NCBI RefSeq assembly: GCF_021869535.1
Contig: NW_026262745.1
Location: forward strand, 53,506,001 to 53,570,000
Length of the DNA stretch: 64,000 nucleotides
Direction: 5' to 3'
Source of the DNA: Mytilus californianus
Taxonomy: Eukaryota
Shown in pieces: positions 35,701-47,700 of the stretch (position 1 is its first letter; the number at the start of each line of letters is the position of its first letter). The notes beneath the pieces are model-generated. The model was not told the origin of the DNA and made no database searches. It saw only the letters and a list, made by a program, of their open reading frames with translations. The translations under genes and the position numbers were made by a program.

Positions 35701-38700
35701 ATAAGTTGTATGGTATGTTATTATATATATATATTAAACAGAGTTATCGTGTGTAAACCGATCAATCGTTTTTTTCTATATAAATATATGCCGAACCGTT
35801 ACAGTTTGATTTCTATCGTGAAGTAATAAGTGCATGATGTTGTAATTTGAAAAAGCTCGTAGATCAAACTTCGACATATACTTTTTCTCATACAACAAAA
35901 ACATAAAGGGTATATCAAATTCGTCTGTTGTATTTGTCAGTTCAAGAATTTGGTGGTGATGGCAGTTTTTGATAGTAACTGTTAGATTGTGTTTTGTCAA
36001 CGCTTAATACTTTTTGTTGACTATCATATCTCCTTTGGGGAAAGGGGAGGGGAAGTCAATTCAACATTCCAAAGCTGTTCCATTGACTGTCCTCTTTTTC
36101 ACAATGTTAATTTAATTATAATCAAACAATTTGACTGTATGCAAACAAATACTTACACACACCATATAGTTACCTGATTCTGAAATGACCATTGATGTCT
36201 TTGCTTAAGGGGGTGCATAACATCTAAGGGAGTTAACTCTTTCAAAAATAAACTGAAAGTTTTTAATCACATACTAACGGTAACGGGTATTCAAGCTTAT
36301 CTATTATCAAAATAAGTGTTTGTCAAACTGCTATTTTTCCAATGAAATAGTTTCTGTAAATTGTGTGATTCAAATTTCTGAAAAGTTTTGTATTTTAGTC
36401 AACAGGTCAAAGTTAATATTTTTCAAACTTTTATGAATATCAAACTCCCAAATCTATTTTATTCAAAGTGTAAGGTACTCCCGAAAATGATTGATTTCTT
36501 TATATTCTTAACAATATGATACTGTTTGATTTTATTTCCACATATTCTAAACACTCTGAATGATTCTTATCAAAATTTGTAAAATTCTAAATCTGTCTAG
36601 ATAAGTCATATTCTTTTTTTCAATGAATCAATTTATATAGAAACGAAAATATAATATAATTCAAATAACTGCCATTTGATGTGATTTACAAATAACACAA
36701 TTCAATAGGGTATAACAATTTAAAATATTCCAGCAATAGTTCATACATAGTCTCTTCAAAGACTGTTTAATTGAGAAAAACAATTTTAATTTGTTCACGC
36801 CTTGGGTACTTTTCACACTTCTTTAAATAGAACAAACTTGACTTTAAATATTCAAAATAATATTTCATTGTTTAATGACGCCAGTATTTCGGTTTTTTTT
36901 TCTATGTACATGTTTGAATGTTAGTATCGGAATTTTTAAAATGTAAGTTTTTTCTGTACTGCAGCTAATGTGACGTGATTTCTTGATTTCCAAGATTTCA
37001 ATTTACTTTAAACTTGATTTCAAAGATCTCAGTTCACACTAAATTTGATTTCCAAGATCTCAGTTTACACTAAATATTCATTGATCAACATATGAAAGTA
37101 CTTATGTATGGTGGACTTAATGTTACTTCCTTTCCAAATAAAACATATATTTCTTCATTCGTTTGTAATTTTCAAAAGACAAAAGTTCGAATAGTAGACT
37201 GTCATGAAATTATATTTTTTGGTCATACTTTTGATTTTATTTACCTCCTTTCAGTCTTTGTCGAATTCCATGCAGAATTATTTATATGCCTTGTGTATGC
37301 TTCGAGCAACGCCCTGTTTTAAAATGTATAAATTTTTGCTGTTCATTTTCCCAAATATAAAGTGTTATTGAATACATCATATCTGTGATTATGCATACAA
37401 CCGTAATGAAAACAAAGAGAATCACTCGAAATCTAAAGAGCGGGTGCATCGAATCACCAGACCCTTTCTTACAAGCCTTCATTACAAGCCGATATGTAGC
37501 AATTAGTCGCTACCTATCATTGATTAGAGGTCGTTTTTAACTTTTAATTTAGTGAGGTCAGAGTGTTTTGCTCCATGTTGAAGGCCTCATAGTGACCTTC
37601 AGACGAAGAACAACAATAAAAGCGCTGTTTCTTTGCGTTTTTGTGTTTTTTGCTGTGCACATACTGATTTCGTGTCATGGATGGATACCCCATATTCTTT
37701 CTTGTCTATCATGTACGTGAATTTCAAATTGCCTTTCAAAATCACCTCTGTTTAAATTATACCCTTTAGCCTAAAAGGATTGCGCGTACACAATGAATGT
37801 ATCCTTCCTTTAAAACAATAACCTACTTTTTTCAACATTCTTAAAGTACTGAAATGCTTATAAATATTTCTTTGTATTACATTAAGTCATAAATTGATCG
37901 ATTTTTTTCTGAAACTACTCCAGTGGATGGTACTGGAATTGGCACAAGATCAGCTTTGCAATTGTTGCCTTTACCTCTTTTAACACTGGTGGTACCTATG
38001 ATGGCAATGGCGATGATGATGACGAGTACTGTTACTAGTGGAACAACTGCTGCGCCAACAACTGTTCCGGCTACAACACAAATACCTGCACAAACAAGTA
38101 AGTATCGATTAATAAATAACGTTTACCTTCAAATGTTTTCAGGAGATAAACACATAACATTGTTCGTCGGCTTCAAGTCAAAGCTACTGAGAATATATAC
38201 AGCCTGTTATTAATCAAAACATTCACTAAAAATAATCCATCGTTTTCTACATAAGAAATGCCTGAACCAAGTCAGGAATATGACAGTTGTTTTCCATTCA
38301 TTTGATGTGTTTGAGCTGTTTTTCTTGCTATTTAATAAGGGACCTTCCGTTTTGAATTGACTTGGAGTTCGGTATTTTTGTTAATTTACCATCCCCACTG
38401 AAGTCTTTAATAACAGTAATTAAGAAAACCAACGGTTATAGATTCTAAACCATAAATATATTTCAAAAAAATTTGTATTCAAATCATCATGGATGTTAAC
38501 ATTAATCGTCCTTCCTTACCAGTAGCAGTATGTTAGTTTCACAACTTTAATGGGAAGATACATCAATTTATTCTCTCCAGTTGTCTTTGCAAAATCAGAT
38601 ATGTATATTGTCTCACAAAGTAGCTTAAATAAGCTCTTTCTCAATCATAGTCAAGTAATGCTTTATACAGGGTAGGAAAATTCCATAACGTGAAGCGTTT

Positions 38701-41700
38701 GTTCATATTACAATGGCAATCAAAAGTAAAATAACAAAAATACCGAACTCCAAGGAAAAGTCAAAACGGAAAGTCCCTTATCAAATGGCAAAATCAAAAG
38801 CTCAAACACATCAAACGAATGGAAAACAACTGTCATTTTCCTGACTTGGTACAGGCATTTCCTTACGTAGAAAATGGTGGATGCACATGCTTCGTGGTCT
38901 ACTAAAAATGTTACTTTTTTCGAACCTTTCAACACAGTTGGCTAATAAGGGGAATTGACAGTCTTACTTGCATCTGAATAACTCAAGATGAACGCAAATT
39001 TCAAAGCAATATGCATCTTTTGTGACCGAAACTAGGACGACATAATGCAAATATAACCGATATGTACTATTGCGATTTAGGTATAAACACAATTTATTTT
39101 AAACGGGGTTGCTCTTCATATTCGCATTGACAATGTTGTTATCACACTTTTTAAGTACAATGAAATACTACTAACAAAATGCATTGAAGAAATGTAATAT
39201 GGAAAACATACAAAAAACGAAACAAAAATATATCTGCAAAGTAAATGTCGACTCGCAAATAGTCTGACGATTATGTACATCTTTATTTCAATGCTTACCA
39301 TAAGGTATTGTTAAATTGACTTTTCCTAATCACTTTATTGGGACAGTTTTATGTAAGGAGCACACCACTGATAACGAAGTCCGTTTAATGTGAATATGCA
39401 CAAGCATGAAACATACAGAGATAGAAATGTAAACGCTAAACGACTTTGCACAACTTTTTGAAAATTTCGGATTTTTTTTATTCTCTTCAACTTCGTATTT
39501 GATTTGATCATCCAACTGTTTTGATTCAAGCGTCACTAATTAGTCTTATGTAGACGAAACGTTTGTCTGGCAAACACAATAAAAAGCTATAAGCCTGGTA
39601 TCTTTGATGAGTTTATACGACGAATCGGAATGTTTTTTACTGCTAAACACTAGGAAGCAGACATTTAGAAAGTTGAAATCATCACAATTGACATAAATTC
39701 AAGCTAGCAAATTAGTATTTCCTTTTACTGTAATAACTTTCATGTGGTTAAGAACTTTGCAAACTTATTCATTTCATAATACCAACATTGACCTAAGAGA
39801 AATATGCAGAGACCTTACCGTGAGGTGTTTTTTTAGGTTGCAATTTTTGGACATCTTTAACACGGGTTTGTTCCATACACAAACACTGCTAAAACAGACT
39901 TATGAAGACGAACGACTGAAAACGATACTACATCATTTTACGGTCATCACCCATTCGTATTTTTATATTTTTTATATAGATAGGTGCAGTTCGAACCTGT
40001 TCAGCAAGTTAACTTGATAACTAATCATTTGAGTGATCAAAGTTAACCTGAGACAGGTTAAGGGATTGCTTCGAACGGTTCTAGAACACAAATCAATTCA
40101 CAGATAGGGTCAGTCCTAAACTGTACCGATAGTTAACTTGATGATCAGATTTTATGACTGGTGAAAGTGAACTTAGGACAGGATTTATGACTGCTTCGAC
40201 CGGTCCTAGGACAGAATTTATGTCAACGTTAAAAAAACAGACTTTGTCTTAGGAAATTGTCTTTCTACTGCCCGAAAAGTTAACTTTATGACAGGTCCAA
40301 TATTAAAGTTAACTCTAGACGAAGTTACCCTTGCCACAACCAGTCCTACACACAAGTTAACTTGTGACCAGGTCTGCCATGGATCTGGACTGCTCTGTCC
40401 GAACCAGACCTGTTCTAAAAAAGATTAACTTTGGTCTGTTCTGCTCCAAGATAAAGTTAACATGATCCGAAATTAAAAAGTAATCATGACCGCTTTAATT
40501 AATGAATATTATTTGAGTATCATCACATACATGTATCAACAAGTTTGGTAAATTAAGATATATTCATAGGACCGATTAAAGAGCAGACTTGTCCCCATGA
40601 CTGGCATCACTGATCTGTCAAATAGCAGACTTGTCCACAGCACATGTAAAGAGCAAACCTGTCACTGACGACGTGCTGACTTTGAAAATGTACATAAATC
40701 AGTTGCAAGTAGTGGTCTGTCATACCAACCGTTCTATTATAATCGCAAGCAGTTGCCTTAAATGTAACATTCTTTGTTAGTTAATAGATATCGGAAGATG
40801 TGGTATGAGTGCCAATGAGATGACTCTCCATCCAAGTAACAATTCATAAAAGTAAACCAATTTAGGTCAAGGTACGGCCTTCAACACGGAGCACTTTGTT
40901 TTTAAAAAGACATTAAAATTTAATGAAAATTCCCAATCAGAATATGTGAAACATTTTTAATCGTTCGTGGCAAGATAAAGTCTAATTAATGAAGTCACAA
41001 AGTCTAATATGGTTACTTTCAACAGTATTTTTTTCTTAATTATAACAAGATAAAAGCACGATTTTACATTGCAGTTAAATATGGGATTCGGAAACAAGTT
41101 TTGGAAAACTTTTATAAATCCGTCTCCCCCCGAAAAGTATATAGTTGCACATATCTTTGTTGGCTTATTATCAATATAATCAATTGTATGTTATATTGAA
41201 GACAAGTCATTAAATTAGTTTTAATGGGTAGAGAGTTACGGTTCCAGTCGACGGATTAATGCGTTCACGCTACCACCTTTATAAAAGAGTGTGATTATAC
41301 TGCTGTATTGTTTCCCGTCTGATACAATGCACTTTTTCCCAGAAAATCGTCCCTTTCTGACATCTCCTGTGTTATGACGTCAAACGAGGAATGGGAAATA
41401 CTCATTGTAGAATGACGAGTGCTCTTGTTTATAAGCGCAAATTAAGATAGTTTGGCTGTAGTCATGCTTGATGCTATTTTGTGCTATAGATGAAATAGTC
41501 ATAAGTTTAAAGAAATACAGCAAAAATAGAAGAAAAATGCAAGATATTTAATGTTTAACAGTATTATAATATTGTAAAAACACAAAAATAACTCAATTTA
41601 AACCAAATCATTCTTAACAATTTAGACTTCAAACATGCATTGTACTATACAAATAGCGATAACGTTGCCACAAATAATGGGGAAAAAGTATAACAAAAAT

Positions 41701-44700
41701 ACCGAACTCCAAGGAAATGCAAAACGCAAATTCCCTTATCAAATGAACAAATCAAAAGCTCACATACATCAAACTAGTGGAAAACTATTGTCTTATTCCT
41801 GACTTGGTACAGGCATTTTCTTGTGTAGAAAATGGTGGAATAATACTTACACTCAGAACAACTAGATATTATATTTAACAATGTAAGTGTATTGTTTATC
41901 TAAAACTATTTATGTCCTCATTGGGGTACTATCTTATAAAGCATTGCTACGACCTTGCATCACGGCAATGTCTAATTGTCTTTGTTTAGGTGAAAATAAT
42001 TAATCCATTTTGTGTCATATAAGTAGCACCATGTGTTCCAACAAATTGCCCGGATGGATATGCGTTGTTAAATAACCAAGCTGTTAGTCCTAATTGTTAC
42101 TTCTATAGTGGAACTGCAACGGCAATGTGGTCTACTGCTCAGGTGAGTATGTTTGAACCATATCAGATTTATTTATTAGTAAGTTGTCAACAATGTATAT
42201 GACTTTGTTTTCCTCCACGGAGACGCCTGAATAATTTTGCTATTTAATAATTGTGACTGTTTTGCTTCGGCTGGAAGGTGAAAGGATAATGGCATTAGAT
42301 TTCGAATGACTAACTTGATCATCTCTGTTGATATTTGGCTAAATTTAACAGATGCATCATGTTCAGGAGGAGTATTTATAAAAAAATAATAGTCTTGAGA
42401 TGACATTTCCTACGCATAGTATACTTTCTGTCATTATAGTTTTTGGAAACATCTCTACTGAACATGATGTGCCTCTATAAAATTACATACCTTGAAAATT
42501 TGTAATATTGAAAAGAATTTAGGAAACAATATGAAGTTACTACTTATTCATTATCTTGAACAGAATTTCCATTAAAGAAACTAACCATTCAAGACAAATT
42601 AAAGAAACATGCCGAAAGGCCTAACAAAGGGTACACAACGGAATATAACGTAGAAATGGAAAAAAAAATGTAAGAAACATGCATACACAGTATATTGTAT
42701 ACATTAAACCAAGTATTTTTAGAATATTGATTAAATATCTATTCATTTAACAATGCCATTTCAGTTGATAACGTTACAAATTTGCGCGGAATTTTAGATG
42801 GTTCAATAATCAAAACTAACCCTTCCGTGCCTCATTAACTCTAAATAGGATTCAATGTCGATTTGCATAGAATACTTTCAAATTGTAATAGTTCTACTGA
42901 TTAGTTAATGAAAATCTTCAGAAAAAGAGTGTATCAGGCAAATGAAATTAATTTAATTCGAATAATTAAATGAAATTAAAGTTAATAATAGATACTTTGG
43001 GAACACGTGTTTCAAGAAAGCCTAGGTCATCGCTCGTGGCGTGAGAGTACATTCTTGCATTCATTAAAGTCCCTAAAATGACACAAATCAGCAGGTTATT
43101 GCAGTGTGAATTAAAAGAGATATGATCTTAAAGTCAATAAGACCACAAATAACTATAGAAAATGTTTAAGCTAAAACATAAACAAATAACTGAAAAACAT
43201 GGTTAACAGTACTCGCAACACCGATACTTTAAAAGCTCAGTTGTTTTTGATAATGTTTTTACAATGTTATGGCATAACATACAAGTATCATTTTTTTGTA
43301 TTATATGCAAATATGTGATACAGGAGGATACTGCATGTGTGTCTTGTTCTTAAATTTTAGAAGACATGTGCCATGAACGGTGCCTACTTATGGAGGCCAA
43401 ATAGTGAAGCAGAAGCTAATGCTCTCAATGATGAGTTTAAATTTGGTAAGTTATGAGTAAAATACTTATTTTTGTGTATCGTTGAAATTTAAACAAAAGC
43501 GACTCTTTGTTGACAAACATTCCCATTTACTTTTTCTCAGTAAATATGAAGAAAAAAATCATGTTTGAATCTTAAACATCTATCAGTTGAATAACATGTA
43601 TCTATAAAGACGAAGATTGTATTTCCCAATCCTTCTACATGATTGAAGATGCCAACAAGCAAATGGCAACAAGGTGCAATCTATCTGCGACGTTTCACGA
43701 TTTTTTGACGAATTAAAAACTAAAATAAGTTGTTTACATAAAATAGGTAAAGTCTTTTGTGAACTTTGATGCTACATTTATTAGTTTCCAAATCTGGCGA
43801 AATAGTGTAACTGCAAACAGTTCCAAAATAGACGGGGCAAAACATTAATATATGTGCAATGTAAATGTTACGTACAGATTAGATGACTTGTATCAATGGA
43901 TCTAAGACTGCGACAACTTGTCGCTAGTGAGTTGATAAACATATCGTAATGATCAACCAATGTGTGATGATTACCGTAACACTTATATAATGTCAATTCA
44001 TTCGCATTCCTCAATTATTCTGTTGGATGAGTTTTGGATAAGACTAAGACAAAAAACATTGTGTACCTGACTTAAATAAAGAATATTTCTTTGATACTAA
44101 TCAGAATTTAATTCTGCTCAAGGGAGAGACGAAGATATATGGACTGGAGCAAATAGTCCTAGCCATGACGATAATTTTGAATTTGTCGGAGACAATAGTG
44201 CTTTTTCGTTCACTAATCTTCCATTTGGAATACGTAAGTTTGGTCGTCTAAGATATTTATGTCAAATATTTGTGTAGTTGAATATGTTATGTTTATAGTA
44301 TTACTTTCCATGTGTTATTTTCTATGTGTTATCAAGATATATTTCAATATTTAAGAAGATAAAGTCGAATTATCCTGAGTTCATAACTCACAAAAAAATG
44401 TTTAAAAGAGATGTAAGGTTTACGTCAATTTGACAGTGACCAAACAGAACAAAACAAAAGACATAACGAAATCGACAAAATAATCGTCCTGCGTCTAGAA
44501 AAGAAAAACCAATAATCTTACCTTGGGAAATCAAAGATCTGTAAATACCACCATCTTACCAATTTGAAAACATACACAACGATAGTATGTATTCCTAAAA
44601 AAACACTAACGAACAAGATAACTGGTAATTGAACGTTTGGCGAAAACAATTGTCCTCAAAGATAATGGCTTAAAATTTGAAGATTGGACGCGCATGCCGT

Positions 44701-47700
44701 CTACTGGCCGCGCATGCCGTCTACTGGCCGACATTTTTTTGTAATCATATGAAGCAGAATTCATACAAAACTTCTTATAGATTAAGAGAAGAAAAAAATA
44801 TGTGCAAAGTTCTTCAATTTCGCTTTCATGTATAAGAATAATAACACTCAATAACTACTATTTTAGTAAGTGTTTGCACCTCATATATTCAACTTATTTG
44901 AGGTTAAGAATACATACGACCGAAACTAGAATGTATGCTTTATATTACCATCTTTTTCCTCAATATTGATAAGAAATAAATGACACTAAACTATAATCTG
45001 TGAAACCTTTATGATCTTAAATTTCCGATCGTCGACTTTCAATTTTGCAGCTGTAACATACCCTTTGCCTCATCGTATGCCGTTTACGTATATCAGTTGG
45101 TACGTTAACCTGAGCATGTACATGTACTACCCATACTGACCACATTTGCGGGTGTGGTTTTTACACAAAATCTGCTTTAACTGAGGTTTAATGAAGAGAG
45201 ACTGACATCGACACTTCATACTTTTCACGGTCTCCATCACGAATTGGTTGACCGATACGATATGTCAGTGTTTCAAGTTACTAGCGACATGTTTTCGTAG
45301 TCTTAGATCTTTATATAACAGACTAGTCGTCTTTACTTTCCCAATGTGACATTTTGAGCGGGTAAATTCGGCATTTATGTAAACAGAAATTAATAAGAAA
45401 ATCGGGTTCCAATTTCTCCCAGCACAACTTAGCTCAGACTGATTTAATTTTTCTTTTGACTCCGGTTATTTTGTTTAACTTTTCTCATGAATTTACACAT
45501 TTATACACGTATGGCTTGAGCGTTCCGAATGAAGATTAATCCAGAAAACAATGCGACGACGCACCATATCTTTAAATTGTTACAATGTATATAATTAGTC
45601 ACCAACTTGATTCATGATGAACACTTTAGAGCAGGATCTGCTTGACGTTCCGGATCACCACAGGTAACACCAGGTATTTTTGGCAGGAACTACTTACCCT
45701 TCCGCAGCAGCTGAGATCTCTTTCGGATTTTGGTGGGGTTTGTGTTGCTTAGTCTTTAGTTTTTAAGTTTTGTTCTTGTTTTTCTTGTCGTTGTCTATCG
45801 TTTTATTTCATGGCGTTTGTCAGTTTGTCTTCGCAATAGGACAATTAATGTCCATTTGGTATATTATGCGTCTAATCAGAGATTTCCAATAAAATGACAT
45901 TACTCAACATAACCAACATATCTGAACGTATCTTTGCTAATTGCATTGAAGCAAAACGGAGGAGAGTATAGACTGCTTTATTTTTTTTGCTCGTTGAATA
46001 CAATACTTTGTTGGAATAGATGTTATTTAAAAGTTAACCCAATTTGCCATTTTAAATCTTTACATATTTTGTTGTTTAATTCTGAATGATTTAATTGACA
46101 ACAACCTCTTAAGCGAATTATTAATCCAGTTGCCGGTAATCAAATGCACCAATCATTTCTTGGTCATTTAACTTGGCCCATCTATTTATATCTCAAAGGA
46201 TGAATTTTTAAAACTACTCAATCAAAATTGAAAAATAGTGAAATCTGAAGCGAGATGATATTCCCATTTTTGGTTTATAAGTTATTTGATTAAAACAGGA
46301 GTTCCAAAACACGCCGGAATATGAAAGGAGTACACGACTTCCTACATTTAAAGCATATTTCTATAAATTATTTCAAGATACCTTGTGACAGGCAAAAATC
46401 TAGATCACTAATGCATCTTTCTGATAGGACTTTTTCATCGTCTGTAGAATTTTATCAAATGGAATTTATGAAGAAAAAATCATTACTCTTTACTAAATCA
46501 GTTTATTTTTCATTTCTTCTGTTTGATTATAGTAATGCATGATTTCTATGAAGAGTCTGTGCAAATCTATGTGTAATCTAACGTCATTACTCACAAATTG
46601 TTTTTAGAAAATGTTTGACATTTAACTTATACAAATATGTCTGAAAAACGGACATGTATGAAATATTTGATTTCAGTTTTGTAAAGTAGGATGATTCTTT
46701 AACTTTTATGACCAATTTATGATAGCAAGGGGAAATTATATTTTCTTGTCAGTGCGTCAGACCGTTCGCCGTCCCGTCCAAGATGTAACTTTAAAAAAAT
46801 ATTCATGTACCAAATTAGAATTTGACCCGAATTTAGTGGTTAACTGAACATGGAAATGTGATAATGTGAGGGGGCACGGTATCTTATGTCCACATACTCT
46901 TGTTTCAAATGTACATGTGTGTATATATCTTCTATATCCATAACAGCCTCGGTGGTCTTGTGCCACAACAGTAGAGTAGGTTGAATTTTATTTCTAGTGA
47001 GACAAAGATTTGATGAATCTCGAAATTGTTAAAAGACAGCATTGCCCATAGGGAGCGGATAATGGAAAATCAGAATGAAAAAAAGCTATCAGTATTGACA
47101 AATGCAAAAAGAAATCAAATTTTAAGCATGTTTGATTTGATTTATTGTTGTTTTCACAAGTGACAAAAACTACATGCATATTGAGGACAAGAAAAATTGA
47201 TATTAAGAGTTGGTCGACCAGTAACAGCATGAATTTCTACTGCACCTGGAAAAGAAAAACATGCTTGACAGGGACAGATATTTTTTCTAGAGCCAATGGT
47301 TGCAGTTTCCTTACATCAGATTGAACGTCCGTATTCCTACTGGACGTACCTGTATATTTTTACATCCCGCACAACCAAATATTTGACCCTTTAAACATGA
47401 ATTTTACTGTTGGATAAGGTTTTGTACAGAGTACATACTGGTACATCCCGTAACGCTAACCCCCCTCCCAACCAAAACCCCTGGAATGGGGAGGGGTGGG
47501 GGGTCGTGACCATGGTTGATTGATCATACACTGGCACAAATATCCTGTCTTTTAAAATCCGGATTTGTGGAGCTTTAACATGGAATAACAGTAAGTGTGC
47601 ATTAAATCAATTCATTGCAATGAAACTGCTATTCAAACTTTAAACATCAGTATTAAATTACAGATAGGTCCTGGTCAAAACAAAAATTACTGACAGAATT

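Noticed and set aside
37925-38038. Alternative frame of exon 3 giving TYDGNGDDDDEY, like a Ca-binding loop
   Set aside because: It is a by-product of ATG/GCG runs, ends in a stop, and starts with TGA in gene 3
41650-41888. Exon-like block ending ACAAT|GTAAGT, also present in gene 3 (61678-61757)
   Set aside because: It is disrupted by a repeat in gene 2, has a stop or phase conflict from the shared acceptor in gene 3, and exon 3 splices in frame directly to exon 4. At most a vestigial or cryptic exon.
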